Assembly: GCA_015680685.1 (NCBI GenBank) | Contig: MNCI01001083.1 | Span: 239,989-303,988 of the forward strand | Source: Gnetum montanum | Lineage: Eukaryota; Plantae; Gnetophyta | Length of the DNA: 64,000 nucleotides | Reading direction: 5' to 3' | Shown: one piece after another, positions 41,900-53,775 of the stretch | Numbering within the stretch: the stretch's first letter is position 1 | Layout: every line of letters begins with the position of its first letter | Position numbers and translations under genes: made by a program | Notes under the pieces: model-generated | Seen by the model: the letters and a program-made list of their open reading frames with translations, nothing else | The model's database searches: none | Told to the model about the DNA's origin: nothing

Positions 41900-43927
41900 T
41901 ATTGGTGTCAACACTTCAATGCTAGCATGGGGCCTTGATTAAATAAGTTCTAGTCCATTGATAGTTTTAGTTCATTATCTTATAATGAAACTAGTTGCAA
42001 ATTTGAGTCACAATTTAGAAATGGCTCTATTCCTCAATAATTATCATGTTGGCCATACGTCGTAAAGTATATCTACAATCATTCTTTAGTTTAACAATCA
42101 TAGTTAGGTAGAAAACATGATAATTTAGATAATTTAAAGAATTTATAGAGTTTAATAATAACTTAAGTTTGAATTTATGTACCAACCTTTACCTAACAAG
42201 CTAATGAGATTATCACATATGCAACCTATCATTATCCCTTGTTAATAAAGAATAAAAAAATAAAAAATAAGCAAAGAAATTAGGGTATGAAGTGATTGAA
42301 AGTTGGTATTCTTGAATACTAGTGATGGTACCATCTCCCTATTGACAACTATCGATTATTTAGCTTCCAAGGAGTTTCTTGGTTTGTAATCATTACTGCC
42401 CATTTATAGTGGTCATCCCTACCACCTTTCCTCCATAAGTTTTTCCATTTGTTCCGCCTTTCATGTACATGCAAATGTTATCTGCCACAACAATGAAATT
42501 TTACCTGCAATTTTCATTTCCCTACATAATTTAAAACTGTGTGATCCATTTATGGCTAATCTGCAAATGATACACAAAAGAAATGAAAGTTGTAGAACAT
42601 TTGCATCTTTCCTTGTCCATCTTCACCATGAATGGAGACATGCTTGATCAGTTTTGACATGGTAGAGACAATGATAATTGTAATAAAAAATTGCAAAGAA
42701 TCTTCTAAATCCTCCTCTACGACTCCAACGAAAATGGTGGTGATGCGAGTAGTTGTGAGGTGGCTTCTCATAAGTAGTGTGGTGGACAGAGGAGACCTCT
42801 ACCAAAAAATGCTATTGCAAATGGCTGTGTGATAGGTTTTGATAGAAATAAAACATAAGATGTAGCAATAGTTTTTATTCTCCCATTAAAATAGATGTTT
42901 CTATTTCTGATAGAGTTCTCTCCTACTACTATGTATTTTTGCAGCAGCACATTTCTCCTATGCCAAGTCCTTACAACCACCCATTAAGTAGTAGCTGGGG
43001 CATGGTTTCCTATCATTTTTACAATTACATGTTCCTGCAGCTGTTACCTATGCATGGGTGGTGGGAGCTATGTGTTTCTTTACCCTATGATTGGTGGTGT
43101 TCACTACCATTTCTACACATGATCAATGGATGTTACAGTGGATGTTATGCATGGGTGGTGGTAATGGATGTTACAATGGAAATTACGTGTGGGTAGTAAT
43201 CCATGGCCATTATGCATAGGTGGTGGCTCCTCATGTGCTAGACTAGTCCTTATAAATTTCCTAGCAAGGAAAGAGGACAGGAAGGAGAAAGTTACCTATG
43301 GTGATGGGGTTTTCTCTAAAAGGAGTTAGAGTGAAGAATCCCAAGATTCTCTCTTACTTTTGTTGCCTATTTGGTGGCTCTCCTAGAGGTAGTTCAGGGT
43401 AGAGAAGTGGGTAGATTTATTAGTTGAAGGTTGTAGGCTTGTTAGAAGAGGTGTGCTTATTGAAAGCACTAGTAGGCAAGGATGCATTAGAAGTCATTCC
43501 ATCTATGTTTGTTTTGAGCTAAGTCATCATTTCATTCTATCATTTTATATTTCTACAACTAAACTGTGGTCTCTATGCTATGGATCAAACACAGAACCCA
43601 TTTTACTTCAAGACTTAGATTAATCCTATCCACGCTATTAGCTATTTCCTACTTTAATTTCATGTTTTATTGATACACAAGTTTTATTGTTGAAAGTTTA
43701 AAAATAAAATAGTTGTCTTTCTATCAAATTTATCTAGAATTATCTTTTATACTTCCTTGTTAAAATTTTTTAACTTACCAACATCTTTATATGTCACAAA
43801 ATGTCACATTGCCCATCCAGCTGAGACTATTCTTAGGTTCCCATACCCATACAAGATGTACCCTAGGAAATAGTCTTCTTAAATGAGTTTTTTGGATTTT
43901 GACATGTTCAAAATTTATGCTTCAATA
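41900..43927 (+). repeat. Element D 3' LTR (PPT-like TTTGGGGG at ~41887-41894)
   Basis: Direct repeat of 34540-36577; termini decayed to TA..TA. Confidence 0.93.
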
Positions 43928-44981
43928 AGGATGAACTCCCTTTTAACATCGTAAGTGAAGGGGATGATAAATATAAGCTTATGAAAAATAGGCCTTACTC
44001 ATTCCCTAATCTTAGAAAGATTAGGAAGAATCTGCACAAGTGAAGTTCACCTTAATTTTCTTCATCTTATACCTTGATAACTAGATATACCAATAGACAT
44101 ATAGCCTAACCTTTCTTCTAAATTTGTTATACTCTTTCATGCATTTTTTGTTTTACTATTTATGCATGTAGCCTATGCATGTAGCCTAAGTTCATTTTCA
44201 TTTCTACTTATTTATTATAGCCTTTCTTTATTTTTACTCATATTGTAAACATCAAAAAGCCTTATTTCCTTTTTATAACTGGTTTACTAAGACCTTAAAC
44301 TAGCATCATGGCCTACCATGACTTTAAACTAGCAAATATAATCACATAACATGGTCCACTATGGCCTTAAATTGGCAAAATCATAGTCCACTAAGATTCT
44401 AAACTAACATGATAGTCTGCTAAGACTTTAAGCTAGCGATATGGCCTACTATGGCCTTAAACTAGCAACATAATATAACCTATGCCTGTGATGGCTTAAA
44501 ACGAAGCAAATATCTTGGTTATTATTACACTTTTTTTAGCCTATTATTGCATCGATTAGGCATTTAATGTTATAACCAAAACATCAACATAGTCATTCTC
44601 AATGTTCACAACATTTACAACATTTACTAAAATTATATATATGTATAGCCAAAAATAAAACCAAAATTTAAATTTAAAGTTAGAATATCCACAACATACA
44701 TAGCCATGGTCACACTGTATGGAAAAATGTTAAAAATAATAATAATCTATAACATAGTCTTGGCTAATCGTAGCCATCAACATGAAAATAAAAGACAAAT
44801 AGCCAACAAACTAGGCTAATGGAGGCTACTGAGTGGCATCCATAGGAGGAAGTTGTGGATCATTCCCACCCTCACCATCAGGGTTGCCAATGTCTTTTGA
44901 GGCCTGAAATGCAACAACATATAGCCAATTAGTAACCCATAGCAAAAACCATAGCTTAAAATAAAAAAAATATAAAAGATA

Positions 44982-47900
44982 TTAAACATATGGACATTCT
45001 AGCTCCATTACTTCTAGGGCTAGATGTGGAAGGCCTTCCTCCAAATGATGGAGGATCTAGTCCTCTGTCATGTTAACCTAGTCAACATCCCCAAGATCAA
45101 TGCTAGAGATTATGTCAATGCTATTTATAGTAGTCTAAGTAGGAGGCTCCTTGGTAGTAGCAGTCATAGAGGTCTTACCTGTAGTAGTGGTAATCCAAGT
45201 AGTAGGGAATTGCTTCATAATAAAAGTACTTTCAAAATGTTGATAAGCACTCTCTACTTGGATCCCCTGGATGAATAGCTCTCTCTTACACTATTCACAT
45301 AATTCATCCTTGAGCCACCTAAGGTAGGCCCCACGATCACTTATCAATCTTTTTCTTCTTACCCCACTCTAGGACCCAAGCGTAGTGATCCTTCCAATCC
45401 TCAAAATTCTAGCAAATGAGGTCCATCTGCATATGTTATTTTTCCATCTCTTGTAGGACTGCTACATTGTCTTAAATGATATGCTAGTAGTAAGCCCATC
45501 ATCTCCCTAGTTTGCAACTCTCCCAAGTTAGTCATTTTGGCCTCCACAAAGGCCTTGTGATCTTAGATATCTCTAATGATTTCCTCTTACCATTGAGTCT
45601 TCTCTCTTAAGGCCCAACTTGCTCCCATAGTAATTTTTTGAACTTCTCTAGCTCTCATGAATTTTTTGTGCATGACATTTCTAGATCAATAGTAATCTCA
45701 TACAACTTCAAGAATACACTAGATACATTAAAGGAAAGCTTAGGCAAGGAGTCAATCTCCATGTCTTTGTTGGGATCCCACTCCACAAAAGGCACTACAT
45801 AAAGCATGAAATATAATCATAAACATAATTAATAACCTAAAATAGCCATGAGACAAACATAACCTATAGTATAACCAAGAAACTAAGGTACATAAAACAA
45901 ACTCCTTACCTATCTTGGGTGCAAACTATTGCAATCGATCGATGATGTCCTTAGTTATCCCACACATGAAGTCCACCTTGTTTGGACTCTCCACCCATGG
46001 ATTCACACAAAACTTAGAAATAGGTTCTTGCATTAGTGGCTCAGGAACTACTATAAGCATAATAATCATTGAATGGTTAAGATGAAAACCAAAATGAAAC
46101 TATAAGATATAATGAAAATATTAAGGCACAGACATACCTGGCTTCTCCTCCTCTTCCTCCTCTAGGATGATGATGAGTGATGTATCCAACACTGCCTCAT
46201 TGAACAGGGCATCTAGATCATTTATATCTACATCAAAAAATCCTTCAACCTTTGATTTCTTCAAGAGTACCTCTTTTCCTCTGTAGTAGCTTGGGCCACC
46301 ATAGCCTGGCATTTGTCTATAACCATAGCACATAGAAAACAAGTGAACACATGAAACCATAAAGTAGCCATAAGCTTTAAAACATGAAACAACCAAATTT
46401 AAATAAAGCATAATGATAACTACCTACTGCAGTGGCCTAAGCTTAAACTTAAGGTTCTTTGGGGTAGGTTGGTTTGATGTCAGTGGTGCTTCCTCCATAG
46501 GCCTCTTAATTTTCTCTCTAGTAACCCCTCAAACCTCTCTACATAGCTTTTTGGCCTCTTGGATGCTCACTGAAAATGTGAGAGGCTTCTCATCATCTAT
46601 GTTGTCAAGAGACTCAAACTAATTTACATTAACATCCTTCGTGGTAATGGATAATGTATCATCCATCCCTTCTAGTGGGTTATGAGCCTGCACCATTGGA
46701 TAAATGTGCTTTCTTCAAGGCTTAGAAAGTTGTCTTGGGTCTTGGGAAACCCATCATTCATTCTTATACACCACTACAAACTTTGCAAACCTCTTCAAAT
46801 AACCCCAAAAAAATGAAAAGTGCATGTGGATTATTATAGAGGTTTCTACATAGAGTCTAAGGATCTCCTACTAAAGCCCATAGTCAAGGTAGCCATCTAA
46901 TTGAACCTAGTATTATCCATCAAGACCTTCTTGAAGGTCCACCCCTATGCAATGCCAATCACCTTCTTTTACAATAATAGTTTAGGAAATGCATGAGACC
47001 TGAATAAATGATATGACTTCTTTTCATCAAGACTCATGGAGCCATCCATGGAAATTCCAAAGTAGCCTATGTTGGTACTAAGCCACTTCAAAACTTCATC
47101 ACGATGATCCAATTCCTTCACTATTCTTGTTGGAACCTTTGCCTCATCAGTAGGGACACCAAACAGGTCATGAAAAAGGCCCTCATCAATATCCATATTA
47201 ACCTTCACACCCTAGATGATGGTTCTCAAATGACTAGCCTTCTCATTAAAAGATTCAATGGCGTGCAACATCTCTGAAATAGGGATAAAAGGGATAGGTG
47301 CCATAAATACATCAAGAAAACCCACACATTGGATATTTTCTTAAGCATATTCAGGCACCTATCCCCTCAACCTATCCTATGTTGGTATTACCTAACCAAA
47401 ATTTACGATGAGGCTATCCTCATGATGTGCTCCTAAAACTGGTATGGTGACATTAGCAGAGGTGGAAGGTCCTACAAAGCAACAACCAAAGTTTAGCATC
47501 AACATAAGTAGGTTTAATAACTAGTCAAAGTAATAAAAAAAATTATAATTTTCATAACCATGAAACATTAAAATCTATTTCCTTTAAGTTTACCTTTCCT
47601 CTTTTTCTTCAGTGTGATTTGGATGGAGGTCCCAGCTGCAAGGGTCTGATCCATGGAATTATTGGCATTTGTCCACCAGTTTTGCATCATTCCATCATCC
47701 TTAAACTTCTTGTATACAAGGTTGAACCTTGAAGAATATACATCAAAGTCCCCTCTTAACTATTGATACATAATAGTTTTAATTTGAGAACTCTTAGTGA
47801 ATTCATTTAAAGTAGTTTGAGCCATTGTCAAGATTTGATCATTAATTATCAAGCCTTGATCATTGACATTGTACCTACAAGAAGTTTGTAAAACCAATGA

Positions 47901-50135
47901 AGTTAGGAAAGGTAATCAAGAAAAAAGTACAAAAACATTTCAATAATCATGCTTACCCTTATAGATTATACATGGTGCTAGGTGGGTTCTAGAATAACGT
48001 TTGGACTCTATGTGCCACCATCAGAGTATTGTCAATATTATACTAACTATACTTTGGCATCATCCAGATCTCTATGAGGTAACATGGACTAAGAGCATTG
48101 CTAATCCTCCTGCTGATAGCTTGTCAATTATGAACCTTGAAACCATGCCAAAGGCCTAAGGCAACAAAGACTTCAGTATAGCCCCAACCATATCCATGGA
48201 CAAGTGTGACGATAACATCACACTGAAGTTTTGTAGAATGTAGGTAAGGAATTTTCTTGTCCCAAGCTGAAACCATAGTGAAGCCTTTCCCAAAGGAATA
48301 TTGGGGAGTGGAGTATTGGTATTGGGATGACCAATGTAGCATGAAATACCCACCAACTCCACAATGATGAGGACAAGCTTTAACAAAACCCTACATGAAG
48401 CAAAACAAAAGCATTATGACCAATTGGCATTAATTAACAAATTTGGAAAAACACCTAGTCAGAAGTGAAATTAGCCTCTATGAAAAGCTCCAAGATATTT
48501 ATCTAAATTAGCTTAAGGAATTCCATAAGAAAAAATTATTACAACGTTATGTTATGACTAGTTGGGATTACTTAGCAAATTTGGAAAAAAACATCTAGTT
48601 GGAGGTGAAATTAGCCTCTGTAAAATGCTCTAAGGTGTTTATCTAAGTTGACTAAAGAAATTCCATTAAATAATTATTACCATCTTTTATAGCCTCTTAC
48701 TTCATAACCAAAATAGTATAGCCAAAACTAAGCCTTATTCTAAACTATGCATAAACTTAGAAAAAGCATTGAAACTTTGCATAAATTCAGAAAAAAGCAA
48801 TGAAACTTAAAAAAGCATTAAAATTTTAAAAAGCACAGAGCCATAAGCCTTTTAAAAATAGTAAATCTTTTATTTTCTTAAAAAAATTTAAAACATAAGT
48901 TTTACATGTTAATAAGAAAATGCTATGCATATCAATCACCTCCATCCCCAAAGGGGTAATCTGCTACAATCATCATTTTGCCTTATTTACATAGCCATAA
49001 CCAAAAATTTATCAAAACTTGATACATGCTTCAATTTCAGTGATTCCATATGGAAAGAATCCTGAAATCACAAGCTTTGCAACAATAACCAGTGCAAATA
49101 AAAATACATACCCAGTTTTTACATGGAACATAAGCAAAATTATCAAAATCGTAGTCATCACCATTAACCCCTTTTCACATAGGGTTGGTAAAAAAATTGT
49201 CAAACATTCATTTGAGCTCCAAAAGAAGTGATTCCACCACCATTTGAAATCTTAAATCAAGCTCTACAAATACATACTTAGAAAAAATTCAAACCATTTC
49301 TTGTTTATGTACAAAAAATTCATCAAGTTGGATAAAAATTCTAAAAATAACACAAACCTCCTTTTGACATAGGCATAATGAAAATTTCATAAGAAATTCA
49401 TTTCAAGTCCAATCCAAGTGATTCTACCTCAGTTGGAAATTTGAAGCCAAGAATTAGAAAGAAATAGCTAAAAATTATACAAAAACATTGCCATTTCTTA
49501 GAAAATATTTGTAAATTTACATGAAAATCTAAAAAATGGCATAAAAACCTAACTGCATAGCCTTAGGAAAACAACCATAACTTGGTTGTTTCAAAGCCAA
49601 ATTGAATGAGAAAAACGTTGCTAGAAAGATTAAACATAGGGTCACAAACCCATAATATTAAATTTTAAAAATATGTAGTTGCTCTCTTAAGAAAAAATAC
49701 ACAACATTTCTTTCCTTTTTTATAAAAATGTCTAATAACATAGCTATAAAGACATAGCCAAAATAGCCAAAACGATTAGTACCCATTAGAAACCACACCA
49801 AAATAATGGGGTAGGATTTCATTAAAATTTAATTTTGATGAATACTTTCGCCTAGATCTGAAAAAAATGGTTATACCCCCAAAATTTTGGGAAAAAGCCT
49901 TTAAAATAGCAAGTTTAATTTTAAAAATTAAATCTATTAAGGCAAAAATAATGAAATGACCATGGATCCACGTGGAAATGACCAAAATAAGAGGTGGGAT
50001 TTTGTCAAAATTTCAATTTACACCCTCTATTAGCATAGATCTAAGAAAAACATCCCCACATGTGGCAAGAAAACAATGAAAATAGCTAGAAAACAAAGCA
50101 AAAAGGGGTAGAATTATTTACCTTGGATCAGCAAT
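44982..50135 (-). pseudogene. Seven-exon accessory gene of element C, antisense to gag-pol (PMD-like plus helical C-terminus)
   Basis: Approximate exons: 50135-50122, 48390-47957, 47874-47594, 47471-46424, 46316-46138, 46050-45910, 45794-44982. All six introns read GT..AG. ORF 46969-47208 contains DEGLFHDLFGVPTDEAKV. Confidence 0.78.
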
Positions 50136-50589
50136 AGATGAGACTTAGATTTAAACGAGCCTAGGTAGCCCTAAAAAAACCTTCTAAAATTCTAGGAATT
50201 AGAATCTTTCCTCCATGTTTTGTTGGTGACATAGCAGGCTCAATGCTAGGAGTAGTTTAAATCAAGAAAATAGAAGTTCTATGTTATAGTTGCCCTCTAC
50301 CATAAAAATCTCTACCAAAGCTCTCCTCCAATGCATAGTTTTGTAAATTGTGATTGAAAACTTATGAAATTAAGCATTAAAAGCCACATCTAAACTTAAA
50401 ACACACACCTTAAAATCCCAACTACTAATTTAGTGCATCATAACTCCAAGTGCACTAAAGTGTAAAGGGAGAAACATTTTTCAACACTAAGATTAGTGGG
50501 AAATAGCTTCACTTTTTAAGTTTTAAAATTTTTGGATTTTGAACCCTACCATACACCTTCCATCTTAGACAAAAATTGCATCAACATTG

Positions 50590-53090
50590 GGTTTTTAGTC
50601 CCTTAAGCACCTACACTATAACCAAACCTCAAACTCCCATGCATCCATGCTAGGGATATCAGGCCTAGCATGGATACATGGCTCCCACTTTGTAAAAAAA
50701 TTAAAACATAACTATTTTTCTATTTTTAGTAACCAAGATTTATCTTTTCCAATCCCCAAGTTTCCAAAAGGGATGGAACATCGAATGATCTAGACAACTT
50801 GGGTTTCCACACTAGGAAAACATTGCCCAGTATGAAAAAAAGGGGGTAACACCCATTCTTAATCCCCAACATCCATCTAGCCCAAGTTAGATCTAAAGTA
50901 GGCCCCACATGACCTAGAACCACTCCAAGCATTCTTGGTAGTCCTAGAACCTCACCAAACCTAGTCGAAACTAATTAAAACTAGTCAAAACCTTTGGATT
51001 TGGTGTTTCCATGATAAGGAAGGCTTCATCCACGTTGATCATCTCATCCTTAACATGGATGGATGTGGGGAAGCCAAAAATGACCTAAATCGACTGCCTA
51101 GTTGCCATTTCTCAAAGCTTGGTGATCCCTAGACCCTGCTAAAAACCTTTGGTGCTTCCAAATGTTTCAAAAGTAGTCTAATATGGCATAAAACTACCAT
51201 CCTCCTCTCATCCACATTGAGGTCATCATTCGTAGCATGTAAAAAAGTGGGGAGATTGCATGAGGCACTTAGAAACCTCCAAACTACTAAATCTTGGCAT
51301 CCAGTATTGAGTATCAACATCGGTAACCCTAGAGGCTGACATGCATGGTCGATTGGCTATCGATCTAGCCTCAATCTAACTTTCTTGATTGAGGGAGACC
51401 TCTTTCATGTTGAGCATCCAAGTCCTAATGTGGATAGATGTAAGGAAGCCAAAAAATGTAGAAGCTTAAATGAAATTAAACTTCTGGAAGTAATCCAACA
51501 ATTCTGGAAGCTACTAGACTTTTGAAAGTAATCTAAAATGATTACAACTACATTATCTTGGTTCTTCATGTTGAGGAAAATCTTATCTATGTTGACCTCC
51601 CACCCTCGACATGGATGGAAGGAAAAAAGCTTTCACTAGCCTTTGAAACAACCAAATTTTGACACCATGCATTATTAATTGATGCTAGCAACCTTGGAGA
51701 CCTACATGCATGGCCAGACACAATTCAAATAACTAAAATTTTTTTTACCCCTAGTCTTCCATGCTAGTCATACTATCCCCAATGTGAAAAAAGAGGGGAA
51801 ACTCAAAACAAAATATGAAACCTCAAAAATGACCAAACTTAAGCTCAAACCCTAGTCCTCAATGCTAAAAATCCTAGAAGCACACATGCATGATTAAGTG
51901 AGGCCAAAACTAGCCTAAATCTAAGATTTATGATTGTTCCATATTAGGGATCCCTTCCTCCATGTTGGGCAATGTGCAAAATGAGGGGGGGATCATTTGA
52001 AAATCCTAAACACCTTAGAATAAATCAAATGACCTTACATTCACTCTAGAACCCTATTAATAGTCATTGAATCCTTCAAACCTTAGAAAACTAATTCTAG
52101 ATTTCCAAAAAGTTATTTCCCCAAGTCTTCCACACTGAGCCTCATAACCCCAACATGGAAAAAGTGGGAAATCGCAAAAAACCACTTGTGAGTACTCAAA
52201 ACTACCAAATGTTTACATTATAACCTAGCCCTTGGTCCTAGCAACTTTAGAAGCTAACATGCATCATCAATTATGATCCAAATCATTATAGATATAGGAT
52301 TCTTACTTCATCCACATTAGAGGAGGTCCTTTCCACACTAGGCATCAAGCTACTTTTCACTTTTGATGACAAGATGACATTCCTAGAAGCCAAAGATCTA
52401 CATTGGAGAAGCCTAGGACCTTATAGCCTTAATATTTTTCTTGTTTGACTTCATTTGGATCTCCAAAATCCATTTCCACCAATATTCCATGCTATAGTAA
52501 CTTCCCTATCATGGAAATAGATGGGAAGACCTTAAATGCCCTTGGACAGCCTCCAAACATGCTCAAAATCAACCAAAAACTTTCCAAATCAAGGTGTACA
52601 ATCCTTGGAGCTTAGAAACCTAGTCAAGGTTCTCTTAAGCTATCGTAAATCTATGAAACAAGTGTTCCCCATTATTCCACACTAGAGATCCTATGCTCAG
52701 CATGGAAAAATAGGGGAAGCCGTTTCAACATGTTTTGACACCCAAAACTACCTTAGACTACCTCAAAATGAATCTAAGGGATGCATAACTCCCAGGTCTA
52801 AGTTCCCACTACCTATTTGACCATGTTTGATCATGTTTTAGCTTGAATCTTAGTTCTTCATGATAAACCCTCTCTTTTCCATGTTTTCCAATGTGGAAAC
52901 AATGGGGAAGGCTTCAAAACCTACTTTTAACATTTACAAACCTTCGAAGTGCCTAATTTTGATAGATCTAGCCTTGGTCTACCTTGGGGAGGCTCCAAAA
53001 CCTTGAGGATCTTTGGATGCCCCAAAATCCACTTTCTCAAGTTTCCACCATGTTGGCCAGCATAGAAACAAGGGGAACCTAGCATGGAAG
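50590..53090. repeat. Equivalent inverted-motif array in element C
   Basis: For example TCCATGCTAGG-GATATCAGG-CCTAGCATGGA at ~50644-50674, plus many variants. Confidence 0.7.
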
Positions 53091-53775
53091 CCTCAAAACT
53101 CCTAATTTTTGAGTCTAAACAACCCTAACTAATGCTTGGACTCACCTAATAACCTTGTAGCCTCAAAACATGGCCCACTAAGGCCTGAACCTAGCAAACC
53201 CTAACCATTTTTTGACCTATATTAGTCAAATTTTACCATATATAGCCTATTTTGCTTAATTTTTTGTTTTATTACATAGTGTTTTAGCTTATTTTTTGGA
53301 CTTGTATTACATTTTTGACTTTGTTGACCCTCTATGGCCTTTATATAGCCTTATATGTTCTTTATTTATCTTAGGATAGCCTTTATTTTCTATGTTTGGC
53401 CTTTAAATAATATCAAAGAGTGGGGTTTGACCTTCCTTGACCCAGTTTAACACCATGTCACCATGGCCCGCTAAGGCCTTAAACTAGCATCATGGTTTAC
53501 CAAGACTCTAAGCTAGCATCATGGCCATCTAAGGCCTAAAATTGGTAAAATTGTAGCCTTTTTAACCATTTTTATTCTTATTTCTTATATCTTCCCTTCA
53601 TTTAACCCTTCTTGGCCTCTATTGCACTTTGTCGAATTGTCCTTACCGCATTAATGACCTAGGATGACCTTGTTTGCATTAGATTTGTATCTGTTTGCAT
53701 AATTTTATAGCATTTTAGCATTATTTATTTACTTTTACCTAGGTGTCACTTAGTATTCTTGTGGTTGATATGCAA

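Larger units (their letters stand above)
34540..43927 (+). mobile_element. Element D: internally deleted Tat Ty3/gypsy with aRH between protease and RT, innermost nest layer
   Basis: ~2.0-kb LTRs, TSD TGGAT (34535-34539) / AGGAT (43928-43932), PBS and PPT. The C reading frame rejoins across it, matching uninterrupted B. Confidence 0.92.
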
